From IMG/VR virus record IMGVR_UViG_3300017909_000462, positions 1 through 24,314 of that record: a DNA stretch of 24,314 bases, one strand, 5' to 3'. Positions 15,457 to 24,314 of the stretch are shown piece by piece. Both the position numbers and the translations under genes were made by a program. The DNA is from a virus. Lineage: Duplodnaviria > Caudoviricetes. How positions within the stretch are numbered: position 1 is the stretch's first letter; the number at the start of each line of letters is the position of its first letter. The notes below the pieces were generated by a model. The model saw only the letters and a program-made list of their open reading frames with translations. It made no database searches and was not told where the DNA came from.

Positions 15457-16719
15457 TTAAAAAATTCCTATTTTAGTCCTTGGACCATATGCAGGACTAT
15501 GGGTGTTACTGCCCCAATTAGCTATGTTACTTTGAGTCCACCAACTAGAACCTCCTGTAAACGTTCTATAGGAATAGCTCCCACCTGCATTTCTATAGTA
15601 CCATCTTAAATCATATGATGTAGGTGCTGTACCTAAAAGAAAACCTGAATCGGCTTCACTATAGTTAGAGAATGTATTTGTATAGTAATCTGAAGTACCA
15701 ACTAAAGTACTACCTGCAGCACTAGGAGAAGATATAGTACTTAAATCAAAGTATCTAATATACAAACGACTTTGAGTAGAACGATTTGATATTACAAAGT
15801 ACTCTTGATTTGTTTCTGAATAACCGTGTATAGCATAATAATCAACTGCTTGAGATTGAAATTCGTAATTCGTAAAAGATGGACTTGACGGATTACTTAA
15901 ATCATATATGAGACACCAAATACCGTCAGTATAATATGATGGTGATCCTACACCATTCCATTTACTATAATATACTTGATAGTTTGTACCTTCAATTGCA
16001 GCACCTGGAGTTATACCATAGCTTGCATTTGTAGGATGTGTAATAGTAGCTGTTTGAGTATAACCTGAAATTCCATCAGACCCATTTGTTGATCCTAATT
16101 GTCCACTACTACCACTAGGTGTATATACAAATGCTCTATCATAGTTAGTACCACCGCCATAAGTTCCTACAGTAAGAGTATCTGCATAAGAATTAAAATT
16201 AGCCATTTTTGCTCCTGCAACACTAATGCAGTGATTTGAATAGTTTTGATTACCTGGATAAGTATTTAGTGAAAAAACTTTACCTGTTCCATTGTAACAA
16301 GCTATAGCTTCATTTCTATCTTTATGTACTTGTCCTGATATAAGTCTATTATCTGTACCAATACCAAGTGAATTGAAAGCCTGACTATCGAGATTTCTTG
16401 TTCCTCTGAGTGCAGTATTTGTCATATCGTAAAAATAAAAAGTTAAATTTTTTGTACTACTTCCTCCCCCAATTCTATTAGTAATACCTACACTATTTTT
16501 GTTATCACCAATGCCATAACCCCCACCATAATAATGATCACTATTAGACCCTGCAGTAGCTACACCATAAGATATAGCAGCATTTGCTGTATCTAAATTA
16601 TGAGCAGCAGCAATAGTTCTATTACTTGCATTTCCTCGTTGATTATATGTCATATACTGTACAGGTGTAGCACCGCCTGATGCAGCAGCAGCCATCATTG
16701 TTTTTTTCCAGTTTGCCAT
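15457..16719 (-). CDS. Putative receptor-binding/fiber tip protein (420 aa)
   Basis: Short leader MANWKKTMMAAAASGG followed by an S/G/N/Y/T-rich beta-type body; lies between the tail fiber and the chaperone. Confidence 0.6.
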   Translation of the reverse strand: MANWKKTMMAAAASGGATPVQYMTYNQRGNASNRTIAAAHNLDTANAAISYGVATAGSNSDHYYGGGYGIGDNKNSVGITNRIGGGSSTKNLTFYFYDMTNTALRGTRNLDSQAFNSLGIGTDNRLISGQVHKDRNEAIACYNGTGKVFSLNTYPGNQNYSNHCISVAGAKMANFNSYADTLTVGTYGGGTNYDRAFVYTPSGSSGQLGSTNGSDGISGYTQTATITHPTNASYGITPGAAIEGTNYQVYYSKWNGVGSPSYYTDGIWCLIYDLSNPSSPSFTNYEFQSQAVDYYAIHGYSETNQEYFVISNRSTQSRLYIRYFDLSTISSPSAAGSTLVGTSDYYTNTFSNYSEADSGFLLGTAPTSYDLRWYYRNAGGSYSYRTFTGGSSWWTQSNIANWGSNTHSPAYGPRTKIGIF

Positions 16720-16725
16720 ATTTTA

Positions 16726-18150
16726 TTATCCTAACCTTCTTCCTGCTAAAAATCCATACCACGTAGTTCCACCATCATGTGTATAAAATACAAACTGATC
16801 TACTTGAGATGCCCCACTACTTAAATTAGGAGCATATCCATAAGTCCAATCTACTGCACTAGGCCATGTTACAGTATACCCACTTGCACTTGCATCTTGT
16901 ATAACTTTTAATGTAAACCCATATGCTGTACCACTAGAAGGTGGATTACTAAATGTATACGTAGTATTTTCAGTTAATGTATGACTAAACACATTACCTG
17001 CTTCACAGTTAATTGTTGCTGCCCCACTTGATGATGTTATTGTAGCAAATGTTTCATTATAAGATGTTACCACAAGTTCACCATTAATGTCAATATCTCC
17101 TGTGTAAGTAGATAGACTATCAAGTTTGGTATCTAGTTGTGTTTGAATATTAGATGTAACACCATCTATAAAATTAATTTCAGCAGTGCTTGCAGTTACA
17201 CCATCCAATAAATTTAATTCTGCAGTGCTTGCAGTTACACCATCCAATAAATTTAATTCTGCAGTTGTAGACGTAACACCATCAAGAATATTTAATTCGG
17301 AAGTACTGGCAGTTACCCCATCCAATAAATTTAATTCTGTAGCTGTAGCAGTTACTGCAGTTCCACCTAAACTAAGACCACTTGTAGTAATAGTAATGTT
17401 TGCAGAACCATCAAAGTTAGCTGAACCTGATGTACTACCTGCTATAGTAATAGTACGTGCAGTCTCAAGTGCAGATGCTGTATCTGCATTACCTGTAACT
17501 GCACCTGTTAAATCGCCTGTAATTGTACCAGTAACTGAAGCATTTCCAGATACATTTAAAGTCGTGATATTAGCAGTATCAATAGAGCCAGTGTCAATGT
17601 AGGCAGTGCCATCAATATATGCATCTCTCCACTCCGAACCAGAAGCACCAAGATCGTATGTGTCATCAACAGAAGGAATAATATTTGATGCAATGTCTGC
17701 ATTAACTGTCACCGTATCTGAAGCTGCATCACCTAGAGTTGTATTACCATTAACTGCAAGAGTACCTGTAAGTGTAGTGTTTGTTGATACAGCCAGTGTT
17801 CCAGTAATTGATGTAGAACCTAGACTTACAGCACCACTAGATGTCACAGTACCGTCAATGTTAAGATCACCTGCTAGATATGCATCTTTATATTTTAGGC
17901 TAGATGTACCTAAGTCTACAGTGTTTGTAGTTTTAGGACGAAGCACTGTTGTTGTAGCAACAATGTCTTGAGAAGGGCCAAGTACTTCAATGGGAGCACC
18001 TTCAGAAGACGTACCATCATGGGTGTGTCCAGTAGAGCTACTAAAGGCACTTTCTATGGCATTAAATTCTAGGTCTAAATCATCAGCATCAATAACATTA
18101 CCGTTAGCAATGTTGTCTGATGTATCAGCACGTGTGTAACCTGTACCCAT
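16726..18150 (-). CDS. Tail fiber protein (474 aa)
   Basis: Podovirus-type anchor MGTGYTR...IDADDLDLEFNAIESAF; T/G/S-rich shaft; ELNLLDGVT repeats; C-terminal TVTWP...DGGTTWYG domain. Confidence 0.8.
   Translation of the reverse strand: MGTGYTRADTSDNIANGNVIDADDLDLEFNAIESAFSSSTGHTHDGTSSEGAPIEVLGPSQDIVATTTVLRPKTTNTVDLGTSSLKYKDAYLAGDLNIDGTVTSSGAVSLGSTSITGTLAVSTNTTLTGTLAVNGNTTLGDAASDTVTVNADIASNIIPSVDDTYDLGASGSEWRDAYIDGTAYIDTGSIDTANITTLNVSGNASVTGTITGDLTGAVTGNADTASALETARTITIAGSTSGSANFDGSANITITTSGLSLGGTAVTATATELNLLDGVTASTSELNILDGVTSTTAELNLLDGVTASTAELNLLDGVTASTAEINFIDGVTSNIQTQLDTKLDSLSTYTGDIDINGELVVTSYNETFATITSSSGAATINCEAGNVFSHTLTENTTYTFSNPPSSGTAYGFTLKVIQDASASGYTVTWPSAVDWTYGYAPNLSSGASQVDQFVFYTHDGGTTWYGFLAGRRLG
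17155..17355 (-). repeat. In-frame 39-bp tandem repeat (~5 units; 13-aa TAELNLLDGVTAS)
   Basis: gcagtgcttgcagttacaccatccaataaatttaattct occurs exactly at 17183-17221 and 17222-17260, flanked by degenerate copies. Confidence 0.9.
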
Positions 18151-18159
18151 GTTGTTTCC

Positions 18160-19707
18160 TTACTTTTTATTTTCTATAGTATACTCTAAGACTGCAGTAT
18201 CTAGAGTAAAACTTGCATTAGTACTATTGTCTTCAATACGTAAAGCAACTGTTGTTCCAGAACCTATTAAATTATTTTTGTACGTTTCATCTTCAACGGT
18301 ACTAAATAAAGAAGTACCAAAAATTGACTCACTAGAACCGTATATTGCACCGCCGCCTGTTCCAGTTATTTCAAATACAGCAGGTTGTATTTTATTTGCG
18401 TCATTTCTGTTTAATCTAATACTTGCTGTACAAGTAAACGATCCTTCAGGTTTAATATATAAGTCTAGTTTGTAAAATGTTTTTCGTATTTGTGGATCGT
18501 TAATGGGCATATATGCCGATTCATATAATGCGTCAATTGCACTACCATCTCTATTTGTGCCTACTTCTTGTTTATAGACATACCCATCTTCATTTGCAAA
18601 GTATATTACTTCAACATCATCTATAAGATAAGAGTCAGCAACATATACTTTAAACCCTTTTAGTTCTGCCCACTGAAAACCTTGACCACCTTGATCAATA
18701 AACTTTGTAGCCAACATGCCTTTAGCAACACTTGCACGTTCTGTACTTGAATAACTAAATATACGATACTGTGCTTTTTCACGAAGTATGTAACTATTAA
18801 AGTGTGTTCCTGTAGTAACTTGTTTAGCTAATGTGGGTCTTACATTTTTAGATGCAACATCAAGCCCAAAGTCACCAATACGTTCTGTTGAGCTAAGTGA
18901 TCTAAGACCATCAGGTGCAAGAAATAGTACGTCACCACCAACTTCTTTAATAGTGTCTGGTTCTAAACAACCGATACTATCCGTAACCGTTGATATTGTA
19001 AAGTCTGCAGAGCTAGAACCTGTTAAACGTAGTATCTTATCTACACAAAATATAATAAGATTATCACGATAGACTGCTGTTCCTGTAATAGTGGAAGATG
19101 CATTTATACTTCCTGCACCATTAGCAGGATCAAAGTCAGTATCCGTGTAAGGTGCAGTAAATACAAGCTCTGTGCCAACTGTAAAAAATAGAGTACTTTT
19201 AAATAATGTTACATAAGATGCATTTTCTACTGCACTGTTACCTGTACCTGAACTTGTAATGTATGTAAGTGTACCTGCAGTAACATCATAATAAGCAGGA
19301 TAGTTTACACCGTCAACAAAAACAATCTTTTCTGTACCTGTAAAGTTATAGTTTTCTTTACGTACTTTTGTAATATTTGTATCTGCAGCAGTTGCTAAAG
19401 AAGACCAACTTGGTGCTGCATCATTTGCATTTGCTTCATAATAAATGCCATTACGTACAGCAATTACCTTTTGTGATCCTGAATCGGGTACAATACAAAC
19501 GCCTTGTACAACACCTGTTCCTGTTACTGCAGTGTCTATTAACTTATTATAACCAAGAACTTTTTTGTAGCCACCATCAAGTGTAGGTTCAAAATTTTGC
19601 AGTATAGCCCCAGAACCAATATTTGACATACCATGTTGCAAAGGGCTAAGATTAGAAATCAACCCTCCACCAAACTGTATGGGAAATGTTTGCCATTCTG
19701 TAGCCAT
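18160..19707 (-). CDS. Tail nozzle / tubular protein B-like (beta-propeller, 515 aa)
   Basis: FGGGL N-terminus; IGCLEPDTI...FLAPDGLRSL motif; follows the adaptor and precedes the fiber, as in podovirus tails. Confidence 0.7.
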   Translation of the reverse strand: MATEWQTFPIQFGGGLISNLSPLQHGMSNIGSGAILQNFEPTLDGGYKKVLGYNKLIDTAVTGTGVVQGVCIVPDSGSQKVIAVRNGIYYEANANDAAPSWSSLATAADTNITKVRKENYNFTGTEKIVFVDGVNYPAYYDVTAGTLTYITSSGTGNSAVENASYVTLFKSTLFFTVGTELVFTAPYTDTDFDPANGAGSINASSTITGTAVYRDNLIIFCVDKILRLTGSSSADFTISTVTDSIGCLEPDTIKEVGGDVLFLAPDGLRSLSSTERIGDFGLDVASKNVRPTLAKQVTTGTHFNSYILREKAQYRIFSYSSTERASVAKGMLATKFIDQGGQGFQWAELKGFKVYVADSYLIDDVEVIYFANEDGYVYKQEVGTNRDGSAIDALYESAYMPINDPQIRKTFYKLDLYIKPEGSFTCTASIRLNRNDANKIQPAVFEITGTGGGAIYGSSESIFGTSLFSTVEDETYKNNLIGSGTTVALRIEDNSTNASFTLDTAVLEYTIENKK

Positions 19708-19713
19708 TTAAAC

Positions 19714-20433
19714 TTATACTTTCAATAGGCCAAACGTATTTGGGTTGCTATATTTAACAGTAGAACGCACATAGTCATAAGTATTTATGTATAAACTACG
19801 CATGTATTTAATACCCTGTTCAAATTTTTGTTGAGACAGTTGGGCAGATTGATTGTCACCTCTAAACTGATACGCATAATACATAGAACCATCAGTAATT
19901 ACATGTTTAAATTCTTGAGGCACAGTAGGTACATCATCTTGTAATTCTAATTCTACAGGATTACGATAATATTCATAAACTAATTCATAGGCTTTATCAG
20001 GTGTAGGAAATATAATAAACTCTTGACTAGGTGTTCTACTTACGTATCTTGGTTTAGCACGTATACCTGTATCACTATTGTACTCATAGTCAGAATACTT
20101 GTCAAGATATTCTTGATATGTCATGCTTTGTAATTTAGTTGTTGTAATATTTAAGGTACTACTACGTTTAATACGAAAACTATTCATATCAATTGTTTTA
20201 GCATCATATGGATAACCATATCGTGTAACACCTGCAGTCAAAATATCTTCTTCTTCTACGTGATTCCAAGGCCAACCAAACTCTTCATGGTTAATATGAC
20301 GAATAGCAGCATTAACTGCATCTTTAGCTGAGTTATAATAACCTGTAGCTGTAGCAAAGTTAGAACTTGTAAGTTCTACTTCATTAAGTCTACGATTAAC
20401 TTCATTGACAAGACCTAAAAAATTGTATGCCAT
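19714..20433 (-). CDS. Head-tail adaptor / tail tubular protein A-like (239 aa)
   Basis: FLGLVNEVNRRLNE, WPW, FPTPDKAY and VPQEFKHVI motifs of phage adaptor proteins; synteny. Confidence 0.72.
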   Translation of the reverse strand: MAYNFLGLVNEVNRRLNEVELTSSNFATATGYYNSAKDAVNAAIRHINHEEFGWPWNHVEEEDILTAGVTRYGYPYDAKTIDMNSFRIKRSSTLNITTTKLQSMTYQEYLDKYSDYEYNSDTGIRAKPRYVSRTPSQEFIIFPTPDKAYELVYEYYRNPVELELQDDVPTVPQEFKHVITDGSMYYAYQFRGDNQSAQLSQQKFEQGIKYMRSLYINTYDYVRSTVKYSNPNTFGLLKV

Positions 20434-20753
20434 TATTTTTCCCTTACACGTAGAAACACAGTACGTTCAAATGTTAAACCATCAGATGTAGTTACAGTAC
20501 AATAAAATTTATATTTTATATTATCTGTTCCTAAACTTACACGTGCAGTGGCTACAGTGTTTGTAAGAGTTGAAGACACAAGCTGTATGCCATGTACTAT
20601 AGGACCACTTGCAACAAGTGTAGTCTTAACTCCATCTGCATTATCTAAACTCCAAGTTACAGTATTTAAAGTTGCAGAGCCAATAAAACGTGACCAGTCT
20701 ATGCTGTAGTCTAATATTTCATCAGGGTCTTTGTTAGGCCATTTTAATGACAT
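20433..20753 (-). CDS. Small virion protein, putative fiber adaptor (106 aa)
   Basis: KDPDEILDYSIDW motif and an all-beta pattern; its stop overlaps the adaptor start (TAATG). Confidence 0.6.
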   Translation of the reverse strand: MSLKWPNKDPDEILDYSIDWSRFIGSATLNTVTWSLDNADGVKTTLVASGPIVHGIQLVSSTLTNTVATARVSLGTDNIKYKFYCTVTTSDGLTFERTVFLRVREK

Positions 20754-20765
20754 TATATATTCCTA

Positions 20766-21554
20766 TTATGCTGCACGTACATATGATGTGTTTGTATTTG
20801 AAGAATGTGAAGACAGATAAACTGTACGTGCTCTACTATAATTATCTTTTATTGATTCATAATCAAACTGCACTGCATTAATTGTCTCATTGCCTATAGT
20901 AAACGTTCCCTGTACCCCTGTTGGTACTACTACAGCTTTACATTCAAGTGTTACAGTTCCTACTGCAGATGTTCCTACTGCACTAGCAGGTGTTTGTACA
21001 CACTTAGCTACGATAGTTACAGAGCCAATAGAGCCTGTAGCTTCTTGTCCTGTAGGTATATTAGTAGAACCGCCTTTACCTACTGCAGTTCCTATTGCTA
21101 GTGTTCCTGCTACACCTGTAACAGACAAGTTAGCATCTGCTGAAGGAACAAGTTCATCACCATTTACTAGTGGGTCATCCGTAATACAAGTAGCTGATAC
21201 ACCTGTTAATGGCACGTTTGCATCACCACCAAATGTAATGCCATTAACTGCACCTGTTGCTGATACACCTGTAACAGATATTATAGTACCTGCACCACCA
21301 GTAATTGCAACTGTACCTAATGCACTCGTACCTGCTACACCTGTAACACCATGTACAACTCGTCCTGCCTCAACCGTAGTGCCTATTGAACCTGTGGCAG
21401 ATACACCTGTAACTGATACATCTGCTGCAGCCTTACCCTCTGCTGCAGTTACAGCACCTGTACCTGCTACACCTGTGAGTGTAAATGTTGCATCTGCTTG
21501 TTCATAGCTTTCGCCAAAAGAAGATACAGCAAAAGGATTTTGTCCAAAAGACAT
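20766..21554 (-). CDS. Gly/Thr/Val-rich repetitive fiber-like structural protein (262 aa)
   Basis: About 9 imperfect ~22-aa repeats centred on TGVsaTgxiG; AAGGAG RBS. Confidence 0.65.
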   Translation of the reverse strand: MSFGQNPFAVSSFGESYEQADATFTLTGVAGTGAVTAAEGKAAADVSVTGVSATGSIGTTVEAGRVVHGVTGVAGTSALGTVAITGGAGTIISVTGVSATGAVNGITFGGDANVPLTGVSATCITDDPLVNGDELVPSADANLSVTGVAGTLAIGTAVGKGGSTNIPTGQEATGSIGSVTIVAKCVQTPASAVGTSAVGTVTLECKAVVVPTGVQGTFTIGNETINAVQFDYESIKDNYSRARTVYLSSHSSNTNTSYVRAA

Positions 21555-21564
21555 TAGTTACTCC

Positions 21565-23697
21565 TTATGCAGCAGCATCACTAGAAAGAATACCATACCA
21601 TGTAGTGCCACCATCACGTGACCAAAACACTAATATATCAGTTTCACCACTAGCAGGTGCATCTGGGGCTGTGCCTCCTGCCCATTCTACTGAACTAGGC
21701 CACGTTACAGTATGTGTACCACCTGCTGTAAGTTCTAATATAAAACCAACACTTTTTCCAGAAGTACAACCGCCAAAAGTAAATGTAGTATTACCACTTG
21801 TTGTAAGGCTAAATGCACCTGCATTATCTGCATCAGGAGCAGGAGTAGTGCCAGATAAAGCATCATAATCTTCTTGTACACTTTCTGCAGTTACAACACC
21901 TGCAAATGTAGGTGAGCTATCTACATTAAGAGTAACTGTACCTGATGTTCCACCGCCATTTAAATTAGTACCTGCTGTAACACCTTGAATATCACCTGTA
22001 TCACCTGTAGCTACGGCTGTAACACGACCATAAGCATCTAGTGTAATAGTATCAATCTTAGTTCCATCTGCTGTAGAACCATATGTTCCTGCACCTGCAC
22101 CTGCTGCAGCAAGGGCAATAGTAGGTGTGCCACCTTCGGTAGAAGAACTGCCACTTATACCTGTACCTGCAGTAATTGTAGCTACATAGTTACCTGTAGT
22201 GTCTGTTCCTAATGCAACAGAGTTTGCGGCAATAGTTGTTGATAAGGTAGCATTACCAAGGTTTGTAAATGTAGCAGAACCTGTTACGTCACCAGAAAGT
22301 GTAAGAGTAGGATCGGATGTAGCTGTTGTTGCAATGCTTACATTACCAGAGCCATCAAAAGCTGCTGATGTACCTGTTACAGCACCTGTAAGACTAATTG
22401 TACGTCCTGTAGCTAATGCTGTAGCCGTAGCTGCATTACCAGACGTGTCTTGGTTACCTGATGTATTGACTCCTGGTAAGTGAACATTTGCTGTACCGGT
22501 AAAAGCTACACCACCAATAGTACGTGCAGTCTCAAGAGCAGTAGCAGTGTCAGCATTACCTGTTACATCTCCTGTCACGTTACCCGTAACATTACCTTCT
22601 ACATTAGCTACAAGTGTGCCTGTAGTAATTGTAAGGTCACCAGTACTTGCGCCTGTAAATGAACCTGTACCTACAATAAACTTATCTGCTGATTCATCAA
22701 AACCAATAAATGCATTGTTACTATCACCACGTTCAATAACAAGTCCTGCATCATTTGCAGGTGTACCTGTTGTTCCATTAGCAAGTTCTATCAATGCATC
22801 ACTAACAACCATATTAGTTGTGTTAACTGTAGTTGTAGTACCATTTACTGTAAGGTCACCAGACAATGTTAAGTCTGTACCTGTGACTGCTCCTGTAAAC
22901 GCACCACCTGTAGTAGATATACTTTTAGTCTCTGCAGCACCACCCATACCTGAGTGATTAGTACAATAATAATATAATTTAGCAGCTACATCCTGCTCAA
23001 AACGTACTTCAGTGTATGCACCTGCACTACCTGCAGTTCCTGATGTAGTAACACCTGTAGTAAACTCACTACCACCACCGTGTGTACCATCGGATGTTGT
23101 ACTAAAACGTAATGGGTGTCCTGAGTTTGAACTGTCTGATTGATCAAACCGATATGTTACAGATGGTTTGAGTATTGCAGTTTGTTGTACTGTACCATCT
23201 AAATAATACTTATTACCCGATCCTGGGTTTGCTACTGTAACTGTAATTGTTGATAGAGGACTAATGTTGTCACGAGGTAAGTTTACATCTATATTACCTG
23301 AACCATCCTCTGCAGTAATTGTAATAGAACCACTAGAACTGTCTACTTTTAAACCATCACCTAGTTCAGCTACATCACTGCTATTTAAATAAACTGCTTT
23401 TTCAGCAGGTTGTGTAATAAATACTTCAGCTTGTGCAGTAAGACTTACGGCACTACCTGAGTTAGAACTTTCTAAAACGGTAGTACGGGCTAGGGTGGCT
23501 GTACTCTCAGTCCATGTTCCTAGCCCGACTTCATATTCGTTTGTGCTAGGCTCAAAGATACCATAATATGTGGTATCTCCATTTGTCAAAGCAGCAGCAA
23601 AAGTTTGAAACCCACTAACGTTACCGTTGAGGACTATACTGCCTGTGCCAGTTGTGGTTGTTGTTTGTTTTACTCTGTCTTTAACTACAAGAGCCAT
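21565..23697 (-). CDS. Second fiber protein (710 aa) with a cupredoxin-like domain
   Basis: MALVVKDRVKQTTTTTGTG N-terminus; T/G-rich shaft; GHPL...YYYCTNHSGMG; same C-terminal DGGTTWYG domain as 16726-18150. Confidence 0.75.
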   Translation of the reverse strand: MALVVKDRVKQTTTTTGTGSIVLNGNVSGFQTFAAALTNGDTTYYGIFEPSTNEYEVGLGTWTESTATLARTTVLESSNSGSAVSLTAQAEVFITQPAEKAVYLNSSDVAELGDGLKVDSSSGSITITAEDGSGNIDVNLPRDNISPLSTITVTVANPGSGNKYYLDGTVQQTAILKPSVTYRFDQSDSSNSGHPLRFSTTSDGTHGGGSEFTTGVTTSGTAGSAGAYTEVRFEQDVAAKLYYYCTNHSGMGGAAETKSISTTGGAFTGAVTGTDLTLSGDLTVNGTTTTVNTTNMVVSDALIELANGTTGTPANDAGLVIERGDSNNAFIGFDESADKFIVGTGSFTGASTGDLTITTGTLVANVEGNVTGNVTGDVTGNADTATALETARTIGGVAFTGTANVHLPGVNTSGNQDTSGNAATATALATGRTISLTGAVTGTSAAFDGSGNVSIATTATSDPTLTLSGDVTGSATFTNLGNATLSTTIAANSVALGTDTTGNYVATITAGTGISGSSSTEGGTPTIALAAAGAGAGTYGSTADGTKIDTITLDAYGRVTAVATGDTGDIQGVTAGTNLNGGGTSGTVTLNVDSSPTFAGVVTAESVQEDYDALSGTTPAPDADNAGAFSLTTSGNTTFTFGGCTSGKSVGFILELTAGGTHTVTWPSSVEWAGGTAPDAPASGETDILVFWSRDGGTTWYGILSSDAAA

Positions 23698-23711
23698 AGC
23701 CTATGCTCCTA

Positions 23712-24149
23712 TTATGCGATACGAATAATTGCGTTTGATGCGTCTGCAGCAGGGAATTGAATAGTAAAGTCACCGTTTGTAGATGTTTTAGTTCCACCAA
23801 AGTCAATCACACAGATTGCTTTGTTAGAAGCAGATGAGTTGTAAATAATACAACCATCGGCAGACACTGTTGCTGAAGAAAATACTTCATCTGTAAAATC
23901 TACAATAGCCGTTGTACCATCTGTTGAGATAGTAGCACCATCTAAGTTTTGTCCACCTGCTGAATAACCAGTACCAGTTGCTTCGTCAGAGTTACCAGTT
24001 ACATCTGAATAGTTTGTTGTTGCTGCACCATACGTACCTGTTGGTGAAGCTTTAATTAGTGCAAGCTTTAAGGTATGGGTGTCCAAATCATGAGTACCAC
24101 CCAAAAGTTCTGATTTAAAGCTCGTACACATTGCTGTTGTGATAGCCAT
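23712..24149 (-). CDS. Conserved marine-phage virion structural protein (145 aa)
   Basis: MAITTAMCTSFKSELL...GYSAGG...IDFGGTKTSTNGDFTIQFP pattern; first gene of the fiber cassette. Confidence 0.65.
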   Translation of the reverse strand: MAITTAMCTSFKSELLGGTHDLDTHTLKLALIKASPTGTYGAATTNYSDVTGNSDEATGTGYSAGGQNLDGATISTDGTTAIVDFTDEVFSSATVSADGCIIYNSSASNKAICVIDFGGTKTSTNGDFTIQFPAADASNAIIRIA

Positions 24150-24181
24150 ATTTTGGAGTCCTTCCGTTAGATAAGCCTAGA

Positions 24182-24201
24182 GGGGCAAGTTGCCCTGCCC
24201 C
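24182..24201 (-). terminator. GC-rich hairpin with a GCAA tetraloop (partial terminator or mRNA stabiliser)
   Basis: Minus strand GGGGCAGG-GCAA-CTTGCCCC, 14 bp after a stop codon; followed by TCTAGGCTT, a poor U-tract. Confidence 0.6.
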
Positions 24202-24215
24202 CCAGTTTAGTTTAA

Positions 24216-24314
24216 TTATGCGTTGTCACGAGCAACTTCATCAGCAGATGTATCGCCCATGTCTGTGCAGTCCATCATAACTGCCCAAACACGAAACTTA
24301 CCTGAAGTAACTGC
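24216..24314 (-). CDS. 3' end of an upstream structural gene (possibly capsid-associated)
   Basis: The minus frame reads AVTSGKFRVWAVMMDCTDMGDTSADEVARDNA* with TAA at 24216-24218, and is open to the window edge. Confidence 0.6.
   Translation of the reverse strand, partial: AVTSGKFRVWAVMMDCTDMGDTSADEVARDNA

Noticed and set aside
17155-17355. Repeat array as a CRISPR array
   Set aside because: Units are contiguous with no spacers, in frame, and vary at synonymous positions.
6259-22957. Plus-strand ORFs over the structural arm (e.g. 20890-21507, 17186-17602, 22547-22957)
   Set aside because: They are antisense mirrors of Thr/Gly/Ala-rich coding sequence, mostly with non-ATG starts.
15457-23697. 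Diversity-generating retroelement or invertible fiber switch
   Set aside because: No reverse transcriptase or invertase is in the window. The shared blocks are short direct repeats without adenine-specific mismatches.

Overview
A 24.3-kb piece of a marine T7-supergroup-like podovirus genome, with two convergent arms meeting at an intrinsic terminator (~6153-6180). Gene content and order resemble HMO-2011-type/roseophage genomes; this is from recall, not a database search. The + arm (1-6154) encodes DNA and nucleotide metabolism: a Cas4-like PD-(D/E)XK exonuclease, T7-type endonuclease I, DUF3310 and a B12-dependent class II RNR. These are followed by a tightly packed cluster of pstS, DUF1289, a nuclease-like ORF, an RMF-like ORF and mazG. 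A near-consensus Pho box lies 10 bp before an extended -10 element directly upstream of pstS, so this cluster may be a host-PhoB-controlled phosphate-starvation operon. The - arm (6180-24314) encodes virion proteins: a fiber cassette, adaptor, nozzle, tail fiber, receptor-binding protein and chaperone, a small membrane protein, and internal/ejection proteins. One fiber carries a cupredoxin-like His..Cys-x2-His-x2-Met motif, and one ejection protein has a clear 11/22-residue Q/N-rich periodicity. No rRNA, tRNA, CRISPR array or IS element was recognised.
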